Shown one piece after another: positions 56,370 to 64,000 of a DNA stretch of 64,000 nucleotides. The stretch is taken from the NCBI GenBank assembly GCA_042570265.1, contig JBHPGU010000007.1, positions 4,883-68,882 on the forward strand, written 5' to 3'. Every line of letters begins with the position of its first letter. Positions within the stretch are counted from its first letter, which is position 1. Under the pieces are notes generated by a model. That model was not told where the DNA came from. It searched no databases and worked only from the letters and a program-made list of their open reading frames with translations. Made by a program: the position numbers and the translations under genes. Source of the stretch: Candidatus Omnitrophota bacterium (GTDB taxonomy: Bacteria > Omnitrophota > Gorgyraeia > Velamenicoccales > JABMQK01).

Positions 56370-59237
56370 CTACAGTCTCTGCGCGGCGACCTTTAAAGGT
56401 ACGTGATAGAAGAATGTAGATCCTTGCTCAAGCATAAATTCTGTCTTTAAAGGCACCTTCGGTATGTATTTTGTAGGAAGTGTCCTTAAGTCTATCTTTA
56501 GCGTATGTTTGCCTGGTTCAATCTTTCTAAATAGATACTGTCCACCTTGATCAGTAACAATTCTTTCAGTGCCATCAATAACAATCACCACTCCACTTAC
56601 ACCCTCTTCTCCTCTATCAAACTTATTGTTTCCATTTGTATCGATAAATACAACACCAACAATCTCAACCCGGGTTGTAATACCAAAGTCGACCCTATGA
56701 GTATCCCCGTGCTTAATATATACGTCTGAATACAAAGGTGTGGTAATGTTGTAGCCTCTAGGAATCGAATTTAAATCAATAGCTACCCTCGCCTGTTTAC
56801 CAATAATGTCTTTAATGAGATAAAAACCTTTAGCGTTAGTTGTATCTGACTTTTTGGTAGTTGCGGTCAATACTACCCCCTCCACTCCTTTTTCATCTTC
56901 GTCCTTAAAGCTATCCGCGTCATCGTCATAAAATACAAATCCGTATATATGGCCTTTTGTATTCCAACGTACACCAGTGTCCCAGTTAAGCCTTGCGCCG
57001 TACCTAACCTCTGCATCTAAGCGCTTGCCTGCCCCTTCACTTTCTGGCCAAACATTGGCCACTCGGCCAGATAGATAGGCATTAATATACGGGTTCGGCC
57101 GATAGTCCAGTTCTCCTGAAAACTCAAGCCTGTCTTGTCCAGAAAGAAAACTTAAAGAAGAACTTGATTGCTCTTCATTTCGATATGAAACACGCATACG
57201 CCCGTAAAAAGGAGAATTCAGAATACGCGAATAGTAGCTAAGGCTTGTCTCTAAAGCACTGGAAGTAGCATCTTCATTGGTAATTCTATTTTTGGTATAA
57301 TTGATACTCTCATTTAAGCTAAAGTGCAAATTTCCCAATATTTGGAAACCTAAACCGCCCCTGAGTGTATTTTGATCATAGTTCGATGATGTCCCAGAAT
57401 AATATTTATTTCTTAAGCTACTATAATCTAGATATGTATTTATCTTTTTTATGAAGAAAATCCGTTTTCTTAAGCCGAAGCTCTTTGTTTCGCTTATTGA
57501 GGGAGAAACCGAACCTTTATTGTCGATTCTGCTATAACCAAAGATAGCGGTTGTAAATGGGTCCAGCTTCCAGCTTACATTGTTATTAAAAGTATAATTA
57601 GGACGCTTGGGATCATCCAGATTATAAAGATTTCTATCCCTAATGGCTGTGAAATTCTGCGAAATAGAAATATCATCAGTGGGACGAAGAGTAGCACCTA
57701 ACCTTAAAGAAGTCTGGCCTCCGGAAGCAGAACCACCTAAAGGCGAAACAAAATCCCTATCCTCTTCCCTAAAGCTTAAAGATAAGCTTCCTCTACGCAA
57801 CCTTAGACTTGCTCTAGATGCATAAGAAATATGCTCAGCACCATCATAGGCGACATCTGAATTAAACCTTAAATTTCCAATATTATAGGACGCGCCTAAA
57901 CCAAATGCATTATTAGTCAATACCGGTTTACTCAACTCTGAACCATTTGTATGTGCGTAGTAAATCTTGTAACTTGTATCCTCGCTTTGTCTATATCTAA
58001 TCCCTATGCCTTGAAGATAGGCTTCCCTTGTATTGCCTAACCCTGGAGAAAGATGAGTGTAATTGCCTTCGGGCAAACCACCCCAAAATGCAGTATAGTT
58101 AATCTTGTCATTAAACATAGGCGCATTTATCATAGCTCCTCTTAGGTCTGCGGAAGGAAACTTGTAAGCAGAAAACATGGGAGTGAAATCAAACCATCTT
58201 AAATTAATATCCTTTAAACCCCCAAAGCGCCCCTCTGTCAAACCCATGCCCAAAGATTCAATTTCATGTTGTTTATTTAGCCTTCTGGCACTTAGATAGG
58301 AATAAAAATTACCATAAGGAGTCTCACCTCGTAAGTTAAAACTCTGGCTAAATGACAGAGACTGTCTTTGCGTTGTATCAATTCTTCTTCCGGTGTGAAA
58401 AGAACTCCAATCAAAACCATAGGTGAATTTGAAAGGCTTAGATAGCCCTATTGGCTCATCCATGCTCTCCAACTTATCTCGAAAAGTGCCGAAAAACTTT
58501 CTGTGTTTACCCTGAAAATCAAATGTCCACCTGCCAGAGTCATCCCAGACATGAAAAATTCCACCTCCTATGCCTTTAGAAGTTACGACTATAGAATCCT
58601 GGTCATATCGAGATATCTCAATCTTTTGCGTAGTAATATTGAGAAACCGTTTAATGTTATTTCCTTTGAGCAAAACTGAACTATAAATCTCTAATTCTAA
58701 AAGGATATTAACTTGACCGACCCTCAACTCGTCATTTAATAAAATAACATTTTCTGTTTGCGCGATAGGTATCCCAGGCTTATCCGGAATCAATTGCGTT
58801 ATAGGCTCATAGACTGCTCTCTTCCTCGCTTGAGGCTGCACCTGCTCAGCTCTTCTCAAAGCTTTCTCTACGCCATACTCTAACTCAGCTTGGTCCAGTG
58901 CATTCTTAATTGCTGAAAACTTAGATTTAGGCTTTTGGCTTGGAGGTTCTTGGATATAAAGTTCCTTCTGGATTCTCCGTAAAAAAACCTTGGCCACCGT
59001 TGAGCCAGGGTCAATGGCCAGAGCCTTTTTAAACTCACCCATGGCATCCACAATACGACCTTGATCATAAAAAGAGATGCCTGTCTGTATGAGAAAATCA
59101 GCAGACATGCCGAATTCAGAGGCCTCCAATCTAGTTAAGCCTTCTGTGAATGGTAGGATTGTGATAGATAAAAAAGAAATAAGGGGGATTATCACAAGTA
59201 GCTTCTTTGTCCTTTTTTTTCTTAACAACCTATTCAT
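56370..59237 (-). CDS. Large envelope protein, usher-like: TPR + pilus-secretin-N-like domain + predicted beta-barrel + two SdrD-B-like domains
   Basis: N-terminal hydrophobic leader; TPR (GISFYDQGR..AMGEFKKALAIDP); IVVTSKGIGGGIFHVWD; ~500 aa of amphipathic strands rich in Y/S/F/G; GFVFYDDDAD and GVVFIDTNGN repeats. Confidence 0.65.
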   Translation of the reverse strand: MNRLLRKKRTKKLLVIIPLISFLSITILPFTEGLTRLEASEFGMSADFLIQTGISFYDQGRIVDAMGEFKKALAIDPGSTVAKVFLRRIQKELYIQEPPSQKPKSKFSAIKNALDQAELEYGVEKALRRAEQVQPQARKRAVYEPITQLIPDKPGIPIAQTENVILLNDELRVGQVNILLELEIYSSVLLKGNNIKRFLNITTQKIEISRYDQDSIVVTSKGIGGGIFHVWDDSGRWTFDFQGKHRKFFGTFRDKLESMDEPIGLSKPFKFTYGFDWSSFHTGRRIDTTQRQSLSFSQSFNLRGETPYGNFYSYLSARRLNKQHEIESLGMGLTEGRFGGLKDINLRWFDFTPMFSAYKFPSADLRGAMINAPMFNDKINYTAFWGGLPEGNYTHLSPGLGNTREAYLQGIGIRYRQSEDTSYKIYYAHTNGSELSKPVLTNNAFGLGASYNIGNLRFNSDVAYDGAEHISYASRASLRLRRGSLSLSFREEDRDFVSPLGGSASGGQTSLRLGATLRPTDDISISQNFTAIRDRNLYNLDDPKRPNYTFNNNVSWKLDPFTTAIFGYSRIDNKGSVSPSISETKSFGLRKRIFFIKKINTYLDYSSLRNKYYSGTSSNYDQNTLRGGLGFQILGNLHFSLNESINYTKNRITNEDATSSALETSLSYYSRILNSPFYGRMRVSYRNEEQSSSSLSFLSGQDRLEFSGELDYRPNPYINAYLSGRVANVWPESEGAGKRLDAEVRYGARLNWDTGVRWNTKGHIYGFVFYDDDADSFKDEDEKGVEGVVLTATTKKSDTTNAKGFYLIKDIIGKQARVAIDLNSIPRGYNITTPLYSDVYIKHGDTHRVDFGITTRVEIVGVVFIDTNGNNKFDRGEEGVSGVVIVIDGTERIVTDQGGQYLFRKIEPGKHTLKIDLRTLPTKYIPKVPLKTEFMLEQGSTFFYHVPLKVAAQRL

Positions 59238-60072
59238 TATATTTTACTTCTTTAAGGCTGATGATGCTGCCTGAATCAGCCACTTCGATTTGATATTCTT
59301 TAACTAAAATATTACCCTCTAAATCTAAAGTTAAAATTATGTCGTAAGCACCTCTTGTGAAAGCTGCTTCAGCATCCCTGGCTATTAAATTAGCCTTATC
59401 TTGTGGCATGGTATAGATAGGTTGAAAACTAGTCCGGGAAAAAACAAATCCTGCCTCATCAATAATATCTAAAGTGCTCTTGGCAGTAATATCTACATTG
59501 CCAATATTATGGAAGACGACCTCTGCTTCATAGCCCCGAGAGAGTTCTTTAATTTTAAAGTCAGCTACTTCCGCCTCCCGCTCAATCGTACCTTCTGGCT
59601 CTACAGCAAATAGTGATCCTAGACGATTATAGACCTTGACCATAACGCCTCGGGTTTCGTCCCAGGCTCCACCCGCTTCTACTTCAAAGAACAATACCGC
59701 GTAATGTCCGCCAACCGCATCCGGCGGCACCCCTACGACATACCTTACCTCCTGCCTTCCATTAGCAGGAATAGTAAAATCTGCAGGGTAGAATTTAATC
59801 CACTCCGCAGCAGATTTAGGATGCGTTCCCGGCGGCATAAACTTCTTTGAGCCGTCTTGATCAGTATAGACCCAATCTGAGATATAAACCCTCATCCCTA
59901 TTGGTTCATCACCCTTATTATCAACATTTATCGCGTCGCCGTCGCTCCAACCAGGAGGCAATTTAACTCTCACCTTAGCTTTATTGATTTGAAAATCTAA
60001 CGCTAAAACGTGGCTGCACAATAAAGCAGAAACCGCAAAGACAGAAATTCCTACTATAAGTAGTTTTTTCAT
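59230..60072 (-). CDS. Periplasmic PapD-like / pilus assembly chaperone-like protein
   Basis: Signal peptide; VDNKGDEP..RVYISDW, SAAEWIKFYPADFTIPANGRQEVRY, GGHYAVLFFE, FHNIGNV two-Ig pattern. Confidence 0.65.
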   Translation of the reverse strand: MKKLLIVGISVFAVSALLCSHVLALDFQINKAKVRVKLPPGWSDGDAINVDNKGDEPIGMRVYISDWVYTDQDGSKKFMPPGTHPKSAAEWIKFYPADFTIPANGRQEVRYVVGVPPDAVGGHYAVLFFEVEAGGAWDETRGVMVKVYNRLGSLFAVEPEGTIEREAEVADFKIKELSRGYEAEVVFHNIGNVDITAKSTLDIIDEAGFVFSRTSFQPIYTMPQDKANLIARDAEAAFTRGAYDIILTLDLEGNILVKEYQIEVADSGSIISLKEVKYNE

Positions 60073-60122
60073 TATCCCTTTCTACTCTTTAGTCCTAACT
60101 ACTTTATTAACAACTTGTTATG

Positions 60123-60151
60123 ATATTAGCATACTCTCATCGAATATGCAA
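60123..60151 (-). promoter_or_regulatory. sigma70 promoter for the chaperone-usher pair
   Basis: TTGCAT-N17-TAATAT with extended -10 TG. Confidence 0.5.
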
Positions 60152-60205
60152 CTCTTTTAATTAGATCTAGCTATATAGCTTAAATAGATGGAGGGCCTAA
60201 ACTCT

Positions 60206-60254
60206 GAAAATAACAAGAGGCTCCTTTATTAATTTAAAAGAGCCTCTTATTATT
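60206..60254 (-). terminator. Intrinsic terminator
   Basis: Minus strand AATAATAAGAGGCTCTTTT...AAAGGAGCCTCTTGTTATTTT. Confidence 0.65.
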
Positions 60255-60260
60255 AAAATA

Positions 60261-60370
60261 ATGTAGGCATCAGGCAAAATATGGCTTTTCAAAGAACAGG
60301 ACATTCAGTTCTATAGGATATCAGACTGATGCGCCTATCCCTGAGCATTTTTTGCCATGTCTTACCGCAT
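60261..60370 (-). ncRNA. Candidate ~110-nt rod-shaped structured RNA
   Basis: Nested pairings GGCAAAA/TTTTGCC, GGATAGG/CCTGTTC, TCAG/CTGA; G-U pairs favour the minus strand; no family recognised. Confidence 0.4.
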
Positions 60371-60456
60371 AAAAAGAACGTACTGTCTTTTTCTTTATAA
60401 AGCGATCAAAAACAACTTCTTTGCTTTGGACTAACAAAAAGAAGTTTAAATAAAAC

Positions 60457-61206
60457 TTAAGGTGCAATAAGACTCAAGGTGTAAGTAATAGAACCTGAGA
60501 AACTACCTCCTGGATCATCTGTAGTTATTGGCTCCCACGATGTAAACTCCTGTTTCGCGCCTACAGTACTAGCTCCATCATGTCCACCGGCGTAATTTAC
60601 AGGGTAAGACTCGCCAGCAGCAGGACCGCTAATAGCTATAATCCCTCGTATGATTCTCGATTCTCCAGTTGAACCACCATCTGTGTATACATCATGGGTT
60701 CCAACTGCACTCGATACAGTAGCACAAGATGCATCACCTGGCATTGCACCTTGACCTCCATCTGGCGCATAAAGCACGTCAGCATATTGATAGTCTGGAA
60801 TATTCAAGATTGCATTATCAGGTAAAGTTCCAGTTGTGCCAGTCAAAGAAGTACCTGTTACGGTAATCTTAAATGGCCTACCAGAAGATATAGGTATCAT
60901 AAGCGTTGTATAGAAGAATTCACCGGTATAGTATCCCTGGTCAGAGTCATAAATTAAGTCTCCAAAATCAAAGCTGGTTGCGTTAGGATAACTCCAAGGA
61001 TTATCTCCCGATGACTGCGCTGCATCGATCTTCCTAATACCACCGCTTGCTAGCTCTAGAATTTCAGGCACGTTTGCGGTAGCCGGGGCAGTGATGTTTG
61101 TCGCTGCAAAAGAAGGAACTAACAAATCATTAGTTGTAACGACAACACCGATAAGCATTATCGCGAAGTTTACTACGATTGTTCCTACGATTAACTTTCT
61201 TAACAT
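60457..61206 (-). CDS. Secreted putative major fimbrial/WxL-like subunit
   Basis: Strong AGGAGGTG RBS, signal peptide, G/T/A/S-rich beta protein, FDFGDL and C-terminal PGGSFSGSITYTLS. Confidence 0.6.
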   Translation of the reverse strand: MLRKLIVGTIVVNFAIMLIGVVVTTNDLLVPSFAATNITAPATANVPEILELASGGIRKIDAAQSSGDNPWSYPNATSFDFGDLIYDSDQGYYTGEFFYTTLMIPISSGRPFKITVTGTSLTGTTGTLPDNAILNIPDYQYADVLYAPDGGQGAMPGDASCATVSSAVGTHDVYTDGGSTGESRIIRGIIAISGPAAGESYPVNYAGGHDGASTVGAKQEFTSWEPITTDDPGGSFSGSITYTLSLIAP

Positions 61207-61254
61207 TTAATTCACCTCCTTTCTAATTTAGATTTAAATTTTTGCTTGTCAATT

Positions 61255-62730
61255 CTATAGTTCAGATAGCGAGTAACTCACCCCTGTGCTGTAATCTCCA
61301 CCAGGAGTATTCGCTGTTACCTTTAATTCGTAAGTAATCTCGAATTCATCACTATCGCCATTGCTATTGGATACGAAAATAGCCACATCGCTGTCAGGAC
61401 TCATAGTAGTTTGGCTTTCAAATTTTAGAACCCCTTTGGAAACCTCTAGCTCATTTAACTTAAAAGTAAATAATTCACTGGGCATCTTATTGCCCCTTTC
61501 GTTCTGTAAAGGACCTATGGTTCTTTGAGTAATCAGATAGGGCCTATTTAAATTTGACGCCACTTTGATATTGACCTTACTCTGCTTTGGGCCAGTTTTA
61601 TAGTTTAACTCACCGAACGTCAAAGTCGCACTTCCTTCTTGAGTGACTGCACTACCATCAGAAGCAATCGAAGTAACCACTATTTTGAATATTGGCTCTA
61701 CATCAAATTCAACATCCACAGAATCAAGATAACCCGGCTCAATAGCCGTTCTTATGTTATCCAGCTCTAAAGTATAATTTATGACTCCCGTGTAGACACT
61801 TGCATGCTGTTGAATAAAGTCTTTGGTAGGTTCAAACTTAATAGCAATTTCAGTGCTCGTACCCAAATCATCAGAAGTGTATACCAGTGATTTCACACGC
61901 AAATCGGACATATCCCCTTTTTTATTTATTGCTCCGGAACGCGAATCAGTAACTTCATAGGTAACTTTACTTAAATCAAATCTTTCTCCAGCACTGCCTT
62001 TAAGAACAGGGTCACTTAAACTTTGATAGATATGGTAGCGCGCCCCTAAATTCCCCTTAACACTGATGTTAACTTCAGGAAACTGCCCAGCCATATCTTC
62101 TAAATCTTCTAAATCGCTAGAGGAAATTTGGATTCTCTTGAAACCACCATCTGTAGTTATCTCTACAGCACCTTCATTAGAAAGATCAGCATACATATTT
62201 AGCGTTTCTACTACTCGCTCTTGAGACGAATCAATGGGTATCACGTAATAAATCATCCTGCCATAGTAAGAACCGGCTACTTGATCAATTGTAGGCTGGA
62301 GCGTGTATACCACTCTGAACGAATCACCTGTGCCAGCCGTATCTGAGGTGTAGAGCACTGTATCGGCAGACATCACAGGAAACTCCTCTATGCGCTCGAG
62401 CGTGCCTCTTATATTGGAATTAATTAAGGTATACATCTTGAAATTATTGCGGTCTATCTCAACACCATCAGCAGTAGTTAAGGGCTTTTCTAACCTCTGA
62501 TAGACCCTATATTGCTTGCCGATGTCAGTGATAACCCCAATGGTTATTTCCTTAACTACCTTTGTATCTTGAGTACTAGACTTGCCAAATCTTAAGTCAT
62601 AACCGCCTTCATAAGGATCAACCGACAAACTGAATACGGCGGCAAAACATGGCCGAATTGGACTACAAAGAACAAATAAAAGACAAACAACCAGACTTGT
62701 AATCAGGAAAAAAACGCGTTTTCTTATCAT
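61255..62730 (-). CDS. Secreted protein of three tandem pilin-like Ig domains (putative tip or minor subunit)
   Basis: Signal peptide; three ~150-aa units ending AGSYYGRMIYYV, ASVYTGVINYTL and PGGDYSTGVSYSL. Confidence 0.6.
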   Translation of the reverse strand: MIRKRVFFLITSLVVCLLFVLCSPIRPCFAAVFSLSVDPYEGGYDLRFGKSSTQDTKVVKEITIGVITDIGKQYRVYQRLEKPLTTADGVEIDRNNFKMYTLINSNIRGTLERIEEFPVMSADTVLYTSDTAGTGDSFRVVYTLQPTIDQVAGSYYGRMIYYVIPIDSSQERVVETLNMYADLSNEGAVEITTDGGFKRIQISSSDLEDLEDMAGQFPEVNISVKGNLGARYHIYQSLSDPVLKGSAGERFDLSKVTYEVTDSRSGAINKKGDMSDLRVKSLVYTSDDLGTSTEIAIKFEPTKDFIQQHASVYTGVINYTLELDNIRTAIEPGYLDSVDVEFDVEPIFKIVVTSIASDGSAVTQEGSATLTFGELNYKTGPKQSKVNIKVASNLNRPYLITQRTIGPLQNERGNKMPSELFTFKLNELEVSKGVLKFESQTTMSPDSDVAIFVSNSNGDSDEFEITYELKVTANTPGGDYSTGVSYSLSEL

Positions 62731-62774
62731 AGGTTTGGACTAAATTATTGGTTTGGGAATTACTACAGATTGGA

Positions 62775-62803
62775 ATTATATCATTCCAATCTATTGGTGT
62801 CAA
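62775..62803 (-). promoter_or_regulatory. Consensus sigma70 promoter with overlapping inverted repeat
   Basis: TTGACA-N17-TATAAT; AGATTGGAAT-N6-ATTCCAATCT (62767-62792) spans the -10 box. Confidence 0.75.
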
Positions 62804-62843
62804 TATTTTTATCTTTCTTGATGTCCAAACCATGTAGATAAAT

Positions 62844-62884
62844 AAAAAACCGAAAAAATAAGAAATTCATTCTTATCTTTCCGG
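62844..62884 (-). terminator. Intrinsic terminator
   Basis: Minus strand CCGGAAAGATAAGAA-TGAAT-TTCTTATTTTTTCGG-TTTTTT. Confidence 0.65.
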
Positions 62885-62986
62885 AAAGTCTTTCGACTCC
62901 GTGGCGAACCGGAGTAAAATAAAAAATTTTTAAATTGATTTACTAAATTCTATTTCAAAAACCCTATATATTTATAAGGTGACCAA

Positions 62987-63015
62987 AGTATATCATATAG
63001 GGTATCATTTGTCAA
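62987..63015 (-). promoter_or_regulatory. Second sigma70 promoter just downstream of mtaB
   Basis: TTGACA-N17-TATACT. Confidence 0.6.
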
Positions 63016-63033
63016 GTTTTTTGAGAAAATTAT

Positions 63034-64000
63034 CTACACGGCACTTAAAACTGTAGCTGAGGCATTTTTGACCTTAACCTCCAATATCTTATTCTCAAAC
63101 AAAAGATCAGTCTTCCCTTTTACACAGGCCAACAAGTAATTATTGGAATACCCTCTCCAAAACCCATCTTTTTTGTCTTCAAAGAGTATCTTTAGCTTCT
63201 TATTTATGAATTTTTTCCTAAATTGAAGGCCCAACTTTTCTGAGAGAGTTTTCAGACGCAAAAACCTCCTTTTTAAAACATCTTGAGAAATTGAGTTCTT
63301 ACAATCTGAAAGCGGCGTACCATCCCTAGGTTGAAAAGTAAAGATATGAACGCGCGACGGCTTGATTTTTTTTAAGAGATCAAAGGTATTAGAAAAATTC
63401 TTATCTTCTTCGCCAGGAAACCCTATCATAATATCAGCTGTTATGGCAAGACCCTTTATGTTCTTTTTCAATTTATTTGCTAGATTTAGGTAGTCTTCTC
63501 TGGTGTCTCTCCTATTCATGAGCTTTAGAATTTTATTGTCACCACTTTGAAAAGGAATGTGCAGATGAGAACAAAGCTTCTTAGAGGTCTTCATCTTGTT
63601 GATTAATCTATCCGTGATGTCTTTGGCTTCAATTGAACTTAGACGAATTCGAAGGATTTTTTCAACTTTCTCAATCTCTTCAATCAAAGCTACTAAGCCT
63701 GTATTTTGTATTAAGCTTTTTCCGTAATCACCCAAACAAATTCCGGTCAAGACTATCTCTTTATATCCCTTATCACTAAGCCGCTTTACTTCTTCAATAA
63801 TTGACTTAAAATCTCTACTTCTGGAGCGACCGCGCACATAAGGTACCTTGCAAAAACTACAAAAATTATTACAACCATCCTGAATCTTCACAAATGCCCT
63901 GGTATGAGATTTAAAATCAGATATCTCAAACACACCTACCCTAGTTTCTTTTTTGCTGGGTAAAATGAACTTTGCAATTCGTTCTTTATCTTCATTATCT
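63034..64000 (-). CDS. mtaB: tRNA threonylcarbamoyladenosine methylthiotransferase (5' end beyond window)
   Basis: TRAFVKIQDGCNNFCSFC radical-SAM motif, KEIVLTG, RIRLSSIE, HLHIPFQSG, GFPGE; frame open to window edge. Confidence 0.88.
   Translation of the reverse strand, partial: DNEDKERIAKFILPSKKETRVGVFEISDFKSHTRAFVKIQDGCNNFCSFCKVPYVRGRSRSRDFKSIIEEVKRLSDKGYKEIVLTGICLGDYGKSLIQNTGLVALIEEIEKVEKILRIRLSSIEAKDITDRLINKMKTSKKLCSHLHIPFQSGDNKILKLMNRRDTREDYLNLANKLKKNIKGLAITADIMIGFPGEEDKNFSNTFDLLKKIKPSRVHIFTFQPRDGTPLSDCKNSISQDVLKRRFLRLKTLSEKLGLQFRKKFINKKLKILFEDKKDGFWRGYSNNYLLACVKGKTDLLFENKILEVKVKNASATVLSAV

Noticed and set aside
614-59274. Numerous short plus-strand or alternate-frame ORFs in the track (e.g. 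614-868, 15268-15804, 17744-18226, 36222-36686)
   Set aside because: Shadows of well-supported minus-strand genes with no recognisable motifs
60261-60370. 6S RNA or SRP RNA
   Set aside because: Too short with no central bubble for 6S; lacks the SRP domain IV motif

Overview
A 64-kb stretch of core chromosome from an AT-rich, diderm, probably anaerobic bacterium. Gene content and order suggest Candidatus Omnitrophota or a relative, but this is an inference. Almost every gene is on the minus strand. Housekeeping content: cstA (partial), apgM-like/coaB/thrC/hom, gpsA, archaeal-type thyA, an NRAMP-type Mg transporter with an MgtE-N/CBS partner, nnrD, acpS, pdxJ, dacA, folP, ftsH, tilS, the Wood-Ljungdahl corrinoid module (acsC, RACo, cooC, acsD, acsE), larB/larC, tsaD, ctpA, gatCAB, rsmA, pdxA, surA, mfd, secDF, yajC, rpsP, trpE, hisDBHAFI, alaS, recX, recA and mtaB (partial). 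Five tRNAs are present: Pro-GGG, Gly-TCC, Tyr-GTA, Thr-TGT and Met-CAT. Most interesting: (1) a four-gene chaperone-usher-like surface-fibre cluster (56.4-62.7 kb) converging on a small secreted protein controlled by a GEMM-I cyclic-dinucleotide riboswitch, which has A20 and a 39-nt hairpin insert in P2; (2) a complete tRNA-Thr nested inside a second tRNA-Thr split at the anticodon; (3) a bactofilin-HTH fusion paired with a membrane-anchored HTH protein; (4) two small ORFs missed by the ORF track, a 32-aa mini-CdaR and a 59-aa AbrB-like protein behind a 32-bp palindrome; (5) several families of dispersed intergenic inverted-repeat cassettes and hairpins, one showing clear covariation. All calls were made by eye without database searches.
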